Shown: one piece after another, positions 37,844 to 50,017 of the stretch
Layout: every line of letters starts with the position of its first letter
Numbering within the stretch: the first letter of the stretch is position 1
DNA from: Octopus bimaculoides
Lineage: Eukaryota
Assembly (NCBI RefSeq): GCF_001194135.2
Contig: NC_068991.1
Coordinates: forward strand, 55,906,343-55,956,359
Reading direction: 5' to 3'
DNA length: 50,017 nt
Position numbers and translations under genes: made by a program
Notes under the pieces: generated by a model
Databases searched by the model: none
What the model was told of the DNA's origin: nothing
What the model saw: the letters and a program-made list of their open reading frames with translations, nothing else

Positions 37844-37890
37844 AGACACCTGATGAATTCTGGAGGGTATATCAGCTGAAACGTATTAAC
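37844..37890 (+). ncRNA. Hammerhead-ribozyme-like motif (right arm), with weakened helices
   Basis: GACAC-CUGAUGA(37850-56)...CUG(GAGGGUAUAU)CAG...GAAA(37878-81)-CGUA. It has a palindromic ACGU and a GUA triplet, but helix I pairing is lost. Confidence 0.45.
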
Positions 37891-38754
37891 AAACAAGATG
37901 AGGACAAATATCTGTCAAATGTAAATAATGTACATAATTCTTCATCTCTTAAATATAGAACTGTACTGCTTTTGTTGTTGGAACATGAGTATATTGGAAT
38001 CTGTTTTAACTAAGTTGCTCACTATAAATTCATTTCATTATAATAACATGCAATGTCAAATGTTTACTTCCAACACCTAATCAAAGAAATATTGATGTAG
38101 CATTCTGATAATCACACAATAAACCTAACTGGTTATGTTCTACTATGATCATTGTGGATTAGTTTCATGTTCGATTTCTGTATCATGAGAGGGGCTGAAA
38201 CCAGTATTAAACTGTTTTAACCATATCTGTTACGCAAAAGATTTCCCTCTTCAAAATTGATTAGTGTCAACCCATTTCAATTTGATGCAATCTAATGTAG
38301 CTCATCTTTCTGCCTGTTAACCACACTGTAGTTCCCTTATTCAATGTGTCATCAAACATTATGGACATTACATTATTCCATTAATCATCATCACAAGGAA
38401 ATCCTTTCCTTTTTATGTGTTTATACATTAAACTTAATCCTTCAGTTTCCAAGCTTCTTATTTTCTTTATCAGCCTTCTACACCCTCTCTGTCTTAATAG
38501 TATGGTTTCCTTTGTATAAACTCATGTTGATTTTTAAGAAAAGGAAAGTGGAATGTTGTGATGTTCATTCCTTACTGTTGCTGTTGTCTCCTTAGTTGAT
38601 TTTACTGTGGCTGCTGTTGTGTTTGTGGGTTTTAATTCTTTTTGTTATTGATGTTATTGTTTTGGTGGTGGTGGTAAATGAGATGGCTTGTGGGTTCATG
38701 CTTTTGTGAAAGCTGCTGGCCTTCAACTTGCATGATAGTTTTTTGTCATCAAGG

Positions 38755-38907
38755 CACAGGCGTGGCTTTGTGGTAAGAAGCTTGTTTCCCAACTACATGG
38801 TTCTGTGTTCAGTCCCACTGTGTGTCATCTTGGGCATGTCTTTTATAAGCTTTGCACCAACCAAGACCCTGTGAGTGGATTTGGTCGACAGAAACTGAAA
38901 GAAGCCC

Positions 38908-38973
<66 letters not shown>

Positions 38974-39085
38974 ATATATATATATGCACACATATATATA
39001 TATCTGTGTGTGTGTGTTTGTCTCCCCACCACTGCTTGACAACCAGTGTTCATGTGTTTATGTCCCTATAACTTAGTAGTTTAGC
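38755..39085 (+). mobile_element. SINE family A with central (TG)n
   Basis: CAGGCGTGGCTTTGTGGTAAGAAGCTTGTTTCCCAACTACATGG...GTTCAGTCCCACTG head and the family tail. Confidence 0.88.
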
Positions 39086-39955
39086 TGTTTTTTTACCATT
39101 GCTGATTGCAGTATATTGCTGCTTCTGTTATTTTGGCTTCTGTTTTTGTCTGATGAATGCTGACAGCTCAGGAAAAGGCAATTTTTTTTCTTTGCAACTG
39201 GGTTAAAAACACTCAGGTGGTTCATGCTCCTACAGTTGTAGCATTTGAGCTTCATTTTCTTCACTTTAAATGCAAACCAAATTCTCAGTTTTAAAGCAAA
39301 TGGGTCAGTTCCATGCCAGTTGTTAATATCAGTGCTTGCAGGATTATCCTTGACCAATTTGCCTTGTAGGTGTATGAGGTGCAGATCATGTCATACTCCT
39401 CTACTACAATTACTAGCTACTCCAGGTTCAACTCTGATTATCGGTAGTATGACCTTTGGCTTTCACCTATCCCATGAATGGCAGAAAAAAGGTGAATTCA
39501 TCTAACATATACATTGTGCTAGAAGAATTCACTTCCTCTTCACTATGACAGATGAGCCACACAATATTTTAGTATCTTCCTTTTCTTTTGTCATATAGTG
39601 CCCCATACCAACTGAGGTGCCATGAATACTGCATTATTTGGAGTTTCTTAGCAAAACACTTGTCTCCTCTTTAAATAGCTCCACTTCTCCCCCCCCCCCT
39701 GATATTCCTCCCATACTTCTGACATTTAGTCCTTTGCTTACCTGAGTAAGGACTCTGTTATATTTACAAATGATCTTCTTTTAAGGATTCTGTTGCTATT
39801 GACATTCATGTTGTCAACACTAGCATCATTATTGCTGCTGTTGATATCTGCTGTTGCTATTGCTGGTCACTACAATAGTTATGGTACTGTGGTGTGCTTG
39901 GTGGTAGTGGAGGTGTTGAAGATGTCAAAGTTCTACTTTTTTTTTTTTTAGCTGT

Positions 39956-39965
39956 NNNNNNNNNN
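39956..39965. other. 10-N gap flanked by an identical ~27-nt duplicate (likely unmerged contig overlap)
   Basis: AGTTC(T-tract)AGCTGT appears on both sides. Confidence 0.9.
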
Positions 39966-40329
39966 AGTTCTACTTTTTTTTTTTTTAGCTGTCATCATTC
40001 TCACTCTCTTCTGCATCTTTGACACAAATGATGTTGATGGCAGTTATGTTGCAGTAACTATACCAGACTGTTGCTGTGAAACAGAAGCTGCATGCTTCGC
40101 CATCTCCATTATTGAAAAGGAGGTGCTCTAACGCTTTCCTGTTTTGAATTTTTTTCTTGCCTTTCCCACACTTTCTTGTTAGTAAAAGTAAATGATGCTA
40201 TATTAAAATATTTTTTTGCATGAGTATTTTTTACATTGCAAAAAAAGTGTGGTACTAACAGGTGATGAAGGAATTAGATGAGCAAGGCGCCACACCACTG
40301 TTAGATCTGTATCAAGATCGAGCACATTA

Positions 40330-40545
40330 ACATCATCATCATCGTTTAACGTCCGCTTTCCATGCTAGCATGGGTTGGACGATTTGACTGAGGACTGGTG
40401 AACCAGATGGCTTCACCAGGCTCCAATCTGATTTGGCAGAGTTTCTACAGCTGGATGCCCTTCCTAACGCCAACCACTCCGAGAGTGTAGTGGGTGCTTT
40501 TACATGCCACCAGCACGACGGCCAGTCAGGTGATACTGGCAGACA
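40330..40545 (-). mobile_element. Young RTE-tail-type retroposon fragment with a (GAT)n tail
   Basis: CpG-retaining and near-identical to 5491-5581. (CAT)n lies at the left edge. Confidence 0.82.
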
Positions 40546-40556
40546 ATTATTGATAC

Positions 40557-40735
40557 TCTGAGGTGAGGGCCACAATGGAGTGTTGCTGTTCTACTCACAT
40601 TCTAAGCTGCATCAGGAGAAAGACCACTCAGCTAATTGGGATAAAGTCACTCACGAACGTGTTCCATCCTGTAGCCTACAGGCATGTTGTGTCTCCTCTC
40701 TTTGCTAGGTCTACCACTACGACAATGGTCGGAAA
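40557..40735 (+). mobile_element. CR1/L2-like LINE RT C-terminal fragment
   Basis: VRATMECC...CIRRKTTQLIGIKSLTNVFHPVAYRHVVS resembles VRPTMEYC...IQRKAIRLIG..SLT..L.PLAHRR.VS. Confidence 0.55.
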
Positions 40736-40829
40736 AATAAATTGTTTAAATGAGTGAAGTTGACATGAAATATAACAAACCTACAGAGTAATTAGAGTGA
40801 TCATGATTCAGGCTTTAGCAATGATAATA

Positions 40830-41035
40830 ATTATTACTAAAAGAGGCCAGGAATTTGGAAGGAGGTAACAGTTGATAATTATGTTGATTAAGTACTTGTG
40901 TGGTACTTAATTTTATTGACCTTAGAAGGATAAAAATCGAAGTTGACCTAAGTGTGATTTGAACTCAGAATATAAAGGACTGTAACTAAATACTGCGATG
41001 CTCTAATGATTCTGCCAGTCCACCATAATGATAAT
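40830..41035 (-). mobile_element. SINE family B
   Basis: TTTGAACTCAGAA and CTAATGATTCTGCCAGTCCACC are the reverse complement of the family B head. Confidence 0.75.
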
Positions 41036-41394
41036 TTCTAACCCAGAACAAACTACAAATTATAAAGGAGGACACATTCAATTAAAATCAACCGAAATAG
41101 CTATCATACTAAATAACATACTAAATAGCCACCATATTTAATGTATATCATACTTAATATATATGTTGGGTTCTCAGGATCTCAGGATGTTGGTCCTTAT
41201 GGAGGAAATGACAATGAATCAAGATGTCTGGCAATATGAGGTTCATGAAAAGATCTGCCTACGTCAGCGAAACTAAGCACTATGTGTTCCACCCACATGT
41301 AACAATAAAACTTTTCACACACCCTACCCCAACAAACCAAACTACATCTCTTCTCTTTCTCACATTTCTTCTTTCATGCCCTCTTCTTACCTTC

Positions 41395-41644
41395 CATACC
41401 CCAATCCTGTCCTTGTGGCCCTGCTCACTGTATTATTGCTATCCAGAACACAGTGAAGCAGCTACTCACTATCCCAAACAAAGAATTCCAGGAATACTTC
41501 CATCAATGGAAACACCACTGGATAAAGTGTGTGGTTTCAGAAGGGGACTACTTTGAAGGAGATTAAATGCTGAATTGATATGTTTTGTAATTTTTTTTTT
41601 TTTTTATATAGCACCAGTCCTGATTCTGTTTTGATCAGATTTAG
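41395..41644 (+). mobile_element. Mariner transposon 3' end (transposase C-terminus and right TIR)
   Basis: LLTIPNKEFQEYFHQWKHHWIKCVVSEGDYFEGD* (41462-41566), a decayed YSPDLAPCD-like segment upstream, and TIR-like GTCCTGATTCTGTTTTGATCAGATTTAG followed by TA. Confidence 0.8.
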
Positions 41645-43689
41645 TATATATAAGAAAGAAATGAAAAATCATCCTGGCAATGGCTAGTGAGAATGTCTGA
41701 TGCATTCCAGCCTTCTTGGGCCTTGTTAATCATGTATACTTACAGCTACATGCCTAAACAAAATAAACGGCTTATTTAATTTAATGCTGCTACAATTGCA
41801 TACAATGGATTTTTGACCTAAATGTATATGAATGCTACTTCTTTTAATTAACCACAGTAGTGTTGACTGCAATGGAATTTGAAATCGGGATGTAAAGGAG
41901 TGTAACTATGTACAACAAAAGCAATTAGTCAATGATGTGCTGAATACACTGCTTCAATTAATAATAAAGGCGATTATTTTAGTGAAGTATTACTGAAATT
42001 ATAACAGGCTTTTGTTTTTATTTTTAAAGAATAGACTTTTTAATTTGAAAGTTCAGTTGTATATTTTTCCTATTATTTCTTTTAAGATGATTATGTTGCA
42101 TAATTGTTTATATAGCACATCCATGTAAACTTATACAACTCCTTGAGGTTTAACCATACAACTTTTTAACATTTATTTAATTTTATTGCTGTTTATGAAA
42201 ATGTATTGTTTATTATAGCTGCTATTTATCAGTCAGTTATCACAATCACTTGTCTACTTGTGTTGCTATTGTCTACAGCACAGTCATCTAATCAGTTGAT
42301 TCAGATTAAATCTGTGCTATTGACACATCTAAAATTCAATGCCATTAACAAGTATAAGATGTAAAAGGATTTCAAAGGTGAATGTAATGTGTGTGTGTTC
42401 AGTTGTTTTGTTCAAGTTTAGTTTTTTTTTTTTATTCATGCTACGTCCATTATATCTATGCCCTTTGCTTACTTAACTGGTAATCCTACTTTATCTGCTT
42501 AAATTATTTAATCTCTTCAATGAATTCCTTCCGTTCTCAATCATCAGTTGTGTAATTTCTCTCATTGCATCAGTTGCTTACTATTATTTTTACTTTAGCT
42601 CTCTTACAATTAAACATTGCTTTTTTTTTCAAATGTATCTTCAAGTCACATATTACTCTTTTTAGCATGACCTTTTCTCTGGTGTCCATGCATCATATAT
42701 GTCACACATTCCCCCCCCCCCCAATCACTGGGATGACTTGAGAAAGGAAAGCTTTATTTTACTCAGGACATATGAAACAAGGGCTAACTAAAATTCTGTA
42801 AACAAGCATGGATATTTAAAACAAATTTATGAAAATGCATGGGACTGGTAAAGGGTTTAGCCATTTCTTCCTCAATAAACTATACCTTTTTTATTATTCT
42901 TTTATTCTTTTACATGTTTCAGCCCCATGGCTGTGTCTCTTGATTTCATTTTGAATTTTTCCTTTGAAATATTCTGACATTTTAGTTTTTGCTTATCTGT
43001 ATTTTCAGAAATACTTAGGAACCACATTAAAATATAAATATGAAGTGTAAAATTTTAATCGGAGAAAAATATTTGAAGTATTATTAATGACTTATTTAAT
43101 AATAGCAACAAAAAAGTCTCCAAGAGATTAGTCCTGACAACAGATTTGTTGTCATCATCTTCTCACTCATTGTTATTGTCATTATAAATATTTTAATAAT
43201 TTTAATATATTTTTATTTTTGGAAACAAGCTGTATATTGACATAACACTTGTCTGATTTTATTTTATGTTACTGGTTTTAGTAATTGGGCTGTGAGCATA
43301 CTAGTGTACTGTCTATGGGAACTTTCACAATAGAATGTCTAGGTGCTTCTTCAATGCATTAGTATTTACACCTTGTATATCTTTTATTGAAGAGGATCTC
43401 TTATTTTAAAGGAGGATATTGACAAGCTTTGATATTTTGAAACCTAGTCAGTTGCAGTACTAAGCCTTTATGTGCAGATGACGGGGTGGAATGTTTGGCA
43501 CTAAGCACTAATGTCCAGTTCAGGAATCTGTAACTTTCAGTGTCAAAGTTTGGTGATAGAACCTCCCAGATCTAACAGATAAACATTCCTGCACCTTACT
43601 CCCTTTAATTCAGCTGCTGCATGGAAGTAAACTTTTTGTGTAAAATATTTGGTCTGTTTCCAATTCTGTAGTGATCATAGCACTTTTAT

Positions 43690-43925
43690 GTAACTATAAA
43701 GAGCTCTGAATTAGCAGAATAAGTAGAGAAGTAAGCAAAATACTATGTAGTATTTAGTCATATCTCTATGTTTTAAGTTCAAATATTGTTTGGATAACTT
43801 TGCCTTTAATTTTTGCAGGATTGATAAAATAAGCACCAGTCAAGTTAGGGAGGGGATGCAATTGAATCTCCTATACTTGCTCCCTGAATCTGAGGCTTTG
43901 TGTTAATATTACAAACCATTATTAG
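43690..43925 (+). mobile_element. Old SINE family B copy
   Basis: TAAGTTCAAAT, TTTGCCTTT and TTGATAAAATAAGCACCAGT motifs. Confidence 0.6.
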
Positions 43926-44837
43926 TCAATTATAGTTGGTACAAATAATTTTTGCTATAGATACAATCTTATTTTTATATTCAACCTTTTGCTTGTTTGT
44001 CCTATTTCGTTTTCATTTCCACCAAACTTTTAATTAATTTCACTTGAATGTTACTTTTCCGGGGGATTACTTCTTGCTAGAAAAGTAGAATTCTACCATG
44101 ATACACAACCTATATTAGAAATACTCATACATTTTAGGTCAGAGAGGAATCTCCTTTGAAGGTCAGTGAACCTGGGAATAAAGTGACCCCCTTTTCCTTC
44201 AAATATCTATTGTTTTAAATTTTAGGTGCCATAATTTTCTGGAAATATTTGGGTCTTCTTTGCTCATTAATTTCAATTTTGTTCCAGTTTAACTAACAAA
44301 TTGTTAGTAAGAACCCCTATAGTTCTTATAATTCCAAAGTTGTATTCTATGAAGGTTAAGCAGCTCTTTAATCCTATATAAGACTAATGAAATATAATAC
44401 ACTTATACTGGTATAATTGTTAGTATCTATTGCATTACCAAATGTTTGAGTACTCTGTATCATAGGAGGAGAGGTCTGGTCTTATTTGGATCTGACCAAC
44501 ATTATAACAACATTATGTTAGAAAATTATGATTTTATTTAAAGTTTTCAGACATAAAGTGCAATATCTATATATTGCTGACTCAATTTGATACTAAATTT
44601 AAAAAGAATAAATTGGTAATATGAAAGAAAATCATAAAAATTACCATTTTATACCATACAAAAATCTAGGTTTTCTTTTCTTTTCATAGTCTTTTCATTT
44701 AGCCAGTTATATAATACAACAACCAATAATGGGATAGTATTGTTTATGACAAGAACTGTGTGAATTGAAACTGGGATATTTTATTACCTTTCACTTGACT
44801 TTAATGCACCTATTCTTCAAAATTACTGGTGTGTACA

Positions 44838-44871
<34 letters not shown>

Positions 44872-46011
44872 ACGTTTGTATGTGTTCTACACAAAATGCT
44901 GCTGGGTGTAGGTTGATTTAAAAACTAACTGTAATAGTAAATTGGTCAAAGACATCAGTACTTTCTGTGCTGCAATTGCTGTAAAATATATCTGATTTCA
45001 TTGACAGTTTCATCATAACCTTTGATTGATAAATATACTTTAATGGTGCAACAAGCACTTTACTAACTTACTTTTATAGAGATTATGAAAGTCATCTTGC
45101 AATACAACCTTTCGTGTACACACATATTGTATATATGTGTATGTATGTAGGTGTGTTTGTGTATTCTTGGCAGTACAGGATATGGGAATAGAGCCAAACT
45201 ATTCTGGTAGTTTCCAGAAGTAGAGAGCAAACAGTATAATAGAATATTAAGTACCATTGCCAAGTTTTAGAGAAGCTATAAAATAATATTGGAAAGTAAC
45301 ATGTGTGAGTGAATGTGCATGCCTATAAAATATATGTATTTGTTTACACGTATGCTCACACTTTTGTACTTTAGGAAATCTGATTTTATAAGCTAACTTC
45401 TCTAAATTGTAAACCAATTTTAACAACACAGTGCCTATATTTGCAGTGATCTACTGTGGTTTTTGAAAGGATTTTGTTATTGATTGAGTCTCATATTTAA
45501 GATATATTCATTTATGCTTTCCAAACCATTTGCTTCTCTTATATGTTCTTAATCACAGAAGGATTGAATATATACTGTTGAAGCGACTGAATACTGATTT
45601 ATCCAAGAGCTTGTTTGACTGCATGTAATAATATTTTATTTTGTAGGAAGTAAAAAAAAAAATGTAATTTAGCAAACTAAATGTCCAAACTGATCAAGAA
45701 TGATTACAACGAAGATGTCAACAATTACTACTGCACTAAAGACAAATCACTAAGCTGTTCCATGTTATGGTCTGCAAACATATTTCATTTGCTCTGTTCT
45801 AGTTCCATGAAACTTGCAAGTAATTATTCTTTACAATAATGACCACCGTTTAGAAATATGTTGCTGCTGTCAAGTGATTTTGCAGATTTAGTTATGTCCT
45901 GATATGTTCTGAGTTTACATAAAGTACAAGTAATATGTCAGGGATCCCTGCCGCCAAATTCCTAAATTAGAAACCATTATAGTTGTTAGTAGTTGTAGTA
46001 ATAATAGTAGT

Positions 46012-46262
46012 GGTAGTAGAGCTGGCAAGCTGGAAGAATTGCTAGCCCATTGAGCAAAATGCTTGGTAGCATTTCGATTGTCTTTATGTTCTGAGTTCAA
46101 ATTCTGCTGAGATCAACATTGCCTTTCACCCTTTTGAGGTCAGTAAAATAAGTACCAGTTGAACACCGGCAGGGTGTGGGGGATGGGGGTGTCAATGTAA
46201 TCAACTTACCTCTTCCTTGACCTTGCTAGCCTTGTGCCAAAATTTGAAACCATTATTATTAT
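46012..46262 (+). mobile_element. SINE family B with an (ATT)n tail
   Basis: AGAGCTGGCAAG...TGAGTTCAAATTCTGC...AAAATAAGTACCAGTTG...CTTGTGCCAAAATTTGAAACC. Confidence 0.85.
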
Positions 46263-46339
46263 TAGTAGTAGTAATAGTAGTATTAGTAACAACAACTTTA
46301 TTTAAATTTATGGATTATTTTTATTGTCAGTTAATTAAG

Positions 46340-46920
46340 AATAATGATAATTATAATATGTAGCAGCAGACACTGGCTCAGCTCACATTACTTCTGATCT
46401 TAACTGATTGGAAGTGTTATCATGTACATGTTTTGTCTCAGTATAAAAGTTGGGCTGCAACAAATATTCTGCTCAGTACCACAGATTGCTTGTCACTTGT
46501 TTGACCTTAACCTGTTGAGCATGTCCCTTGATGGCTGATATGTGCATCTCTGATTATGAGCAGTAGTAGTTGGGGAGTATCATAGCCATATGTTGAGAGG
46601 AATTCTTTGGAATTTGAATAATTCCCCTCTGGAAACATGGGAGTTTCATTCAACAGCCTTAAACGACACTTATTCAGGGACCTTTTGAGTGGGATGAGCT
46701 ATTCGACCTAAACAAATTCTAATTGGACTCCACCTGCAAGGTCATGCAGTGTTTATCTTGATATGAGATCATCATGTTGTGATGTATGTGCTTGGTGTAC
46801 CCTTATCAGATGGGTGGTTATGATAGGTATACTGGGCTTCATATATTTTACCCTAGTGTCACATATTTTACCCCAGTTTCACTCAGTAGTAGTAGTAGTA
46901 GTAGTAATAATAATAATAAT
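46340..46920 (+). mobile_element. ~550-bp non-coding interspersed repeat with an (AGT)n(AAT)n tail
   Basis: More GC-rich than its surroundings, with a simple-repeat tail and a terminal 20-nt direct repeat (ATATTTTACCCTAGTGTCAC / ATATTTTACCCCAGTTTCAC). It resembles a repeat I recall from Octopus; family not assigned. Confidence 0.45.
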
Positions 46921-49311
46921 AAATGCTTCTGTTCAAATAATTGCTTCATACAATTTCATATAGTGAAGATGATGTCAGTTAAATAATGGAAAGTAGTCAG
47001 TTTTGAGCATAGAAAACTCTACTATTTATATTTTATATAAATATAGCTTTCAGATTCTGCTTTATTTAGCTTTGTGCTTTTTATTACACATGGAGATAAT
47101 AAAATTGTGATGCGTAACATACTATGTACAACAAAGTTTTAGAGTAGTTTTGCTTAGGCTGAGTTTCAGAACTATCTACAGACAGTAAACATCTGAATTA
47201 ATATGTAAAATCTATCCCAGTGCAAAGTTAGCTAATTAAATAGTGGCAGAGACAAGATACTTCGTGAAAACAACACACTTAATATTTTTTTAAAAGTCTG
47301 TAACTGATATTTCTTTAGCTGAAATATTCTATGCTGTGTAATTAAGAAAAAATATTTTAATTTGATGTTTGCATTTTATTTTATGTTTGATGCAATTTAA
47401 ATATTGCTTTCGTCTGTAATTTTGAGATTTTTACCTTACATTTTCAAGTCAGTTTTAGACAGACATTTTGGTATTAATATCTCATAGTGGTTGCTTTTAC
47501 AATTATCATATGGAAAAATATTATAGCTCTTTAGAGGAATCAAAGAATATTCTCTGAGGCCAACTCCAAACTGTTTATAAAAGAAGATTTTTGATATGGT
47601 GTTTATTTTTTTTATCACCTTTCGAATTTTTCTTTCTTGTGATGTAGTTGGTTTGTTTTCCTTCATAAATCTTTTGTAAATATGTGACTTTTCCCTTCTT
47701 ATCTTTGAAATTATTGATGACGTATGTCTCTCTAAAACTGAAGATCAAAACTATTAGTCCTTGCATATATTGATTCTATTTTTTATTGTTTGTCTGACTG
47801 AACATATTGATAAAATAGCTTCTCCTCTACATGAAATTAAGTTTTGCCATAAAGTTGTCAGAAAAATAAAACTTCTTTTGAATATGGTTTTCCATTTCAG
47901 TGCCTGAGGAAGAAGACCTTGTAGAGTATAAAAGTTGATAGTGCTATTTTTTGAAGAGTAGAATCTTTGTTAGATATGAGAAAAATATTGCATGGTTGGG
48001 GATTAAAAGCTTTGTGGTTTAGGTTATATATTTACATAATTTACACCTTGCTATGGTGATGCGGAAGAGATCTGATGTTGAGAAATCACTGCATTGAGGA
48101 GTATTAACTGGATTTGCTGTTAAACAGTTCAAGATTTTATTGTAAAAATGAAAGATGCATGTTGGCTGTCAGTTCCTAAATAATCTATCATCTGTGTAAC
48201 ACTGTATACAAGTTATATTCTGTTTTTCAGCACTAAATTCACTCACTTGTATACAGATGACAAAATCCTTCTTTCTTTTCTATTCTTTAAATCCTGTATT
48301 TTATTCCTTGCTAATATAATTATCTATTTCTGATATTCACATTGAGGAATTTTACCATATCTGTTAATGATATCCAACTGTCTAATCACATTTAATGAAA
48401 TCAAACAAGCATTTATTTCAAAGTAAAAAAAAAAATAATAAAAAATGCATTACATACTTTTCCTGAACCATTCTCCGATTAAATATTAGTCTTTGCTACA
48501 TCCCTTTTGTGACTCAGATCCTCGGTACCTTTTTGTGGATGAACCATTTTTTATATTGCATTTTAGTGTATTTAAGCTTTGTTTTTAACTTTTTGATATC
48601 AATCTGCCTCAGACTGTGTACTAATAAGTTTTAGAAAAATTAAAGTGATTGAAGAATAAACTAAAGATTAAGTAGTACATTAAATGCTTGTAGTTGTTGG
48701 TATGTTAAATTTTGTTGTCAATTTAATTTCACTCTTCACTTATTTGATATTTTGATTTTAATCTTTATATGTAAGATAGATCTATTAAAGGCCTTCTTCT
48801 GAACAGACATTCCTACCTATTACAGTTGACTTATAAAACTAATCTCTCTCTGTTTTCACTTTAATTTTACTAATAATTGCTTATTTTATACAATTCCTGT
48901 TGAAATATATTGAAGTGGCTTGTTAGTGCATGTAGTTTCTAGGCATGTTAATAATTTAGGATTGGTTGCTGACTTCATTGTTAGATGTGGCACAACTATA
49001 GGATTGGTATCGATATTAATTTATGACTGATTATTTAGAGCTACCCCTCGTTGTAGTGGTTGTATTTGTGGAATAGCTGAAGTATTTTATAAGAACTATC
49101 GTTTTCATGTTCATATTTTATTGAATTAATTATAGAAGCTTGACATAAGTTAAAGCCTTTAATGCCATTGCATTACATTTAGCCAGTACTTTTTCCCCTT
49201 GAAATTTAATATTATACAGATTAAGAGATTAGATTATATTTCTTAGCATTGATTTAGAAATATATTTCTATTTGGTATAAAATACATAAACTCACTCTCA
49301 TGTATGTGTGT

Positions 49312-49462
49312 ATGGCTGTGTTATTAAGAAACTCACTTTGCAACCATGTGGCTTCACTTTTACTGTATAACACTTTGGACAAATTATTTCTAGTTATAGC
49401 CTTGATCACAAAGCTGATCAATGCCCTATGAATGGAATTGGTAGATAGAAACTATTGGAAGC
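49312..49462 (+). mobile_element. Old SINE family A head
   Basis: GTATGGCTGTGTTATTAAGAA...GCAACCATGTGG...GGTAGATAGAAACT. Confidence 0.6.
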
Positions 49463-49719
49463 CTGTTGCGTGCATGTGCACGTGTGCATGCACATGCATG
49501 CATTAATGTTGACATTTGGTGGCTTTGCTTGTCACTGTCAGCAAAACAGTGATGATACTTACATTCCTTGTTGACATTGTGTCTAGTTTCTCTGTGTTTT
49601 GAAAGATCTCGGGAAGGATATTTAGCCATTAAATGCTTCTTCAAACAAGACCCTGCCCAATCCATGCTAGCATGGAAAACATTAAATGAATGATATATTA
49701 GTGTGTGTGAGATCATCAT

Positions 49720-49900
49720 TTTATCAATTTTATACATGCTTTTTTATGATGGCATGGATTGGACAAGTCAGTATCAACACATCTCTTCACTTGTTACAGT
49801 CCTTTACTATTTCCTTTATAGGACTCAGCTTCATGAGATCTGTCATCACCACTTCTGTCCACACCTGTCATTCTTTTCTGGCAATTTTTCATCCCGCTGT
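49720..49900 (-). mobile_element. RTE LINE extreme 3' fragment
   Basis: VWTEVVMTDLMKLSPIKEIVKDCNK*RDV resembles the RTE terminal TWxEVVxxDL...DRxxWR segment, followed by a CCATG-type tail. Confidence 0.6.
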
Positions 49901-50017
49901 GTTTTTGTGTGTCCATTGAGTGCATTTAGTTAACAGTATAGAGTTCCTATCCACTCTTCATTGAAAATTGAGCATGACCACTTCTCAGTTATACATGTAT
50001 ATATATATATATATATA

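Larger units (their letters stand above)
37578..37963. mobile_element. Fold-back (inverted dimer) insertion of a Penelope-tail-like retroposon with a 13-bp TSD
   Basis: Arms 37578-37743 and 37750-37930 are reverse complements around the loop CAGTGA. TACTGCTTTTGTT is duplicated at 37565-37577 and 37964-37976. Confidence 0.88.

Noticed and set aside
39929-39992. Direct repeat resembling a target-site duplication
   Set aside because: It flanks a 10-N gap and is most likely an unmerged contig overlap.
43009-48300. Isolated strong AG acceptors followed by short peptides (KYLGTTLKYKYEV*, PEEEDLVEYKS*)
   Set aside because: They lack good donors and linkage, and such sites are expected by chance in T-rich sequence.

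Overview
AT-rich, microsatellite-laden eukaryotic DNA. The SINE and LINE-tail families resemble those I recall from Octopus, so a cephalopod draft scaffold is the most likely source (inference). There is no prokaryotic content, no CRISPR array and no intact long CDS; most of the ORF track is (TA)n/(TG)n or N-gap artefact. The window contains many tRNA-derived SINEs (at least three families), RTE, CR1/L2-like and probable L1/Tx1-like LINE remnants, a near-complete but disrupted Tigger/pogo transposon with TIRs and TA target duplication, internally deleted piggyBac and Tc1/mariner derivatives, a hAT MITE, a decayed 5S rRNA copy and four assembly gaps. Several short segments with good splice signals suggest an unidentified + strand spliced gene around 30.3-33.3 kb (low confidence). 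The most unusual structure is a ~390-bp fold-back insertion at 37578-37963 with a 13-bp target-site duplication, in which each arm carries a hammerhead-ribozyme-like core of the kind found in Penelope-like elements. Repeat boundaries are approximate unless a TIR or TSD is quoted, and all family assignments were made by eye.
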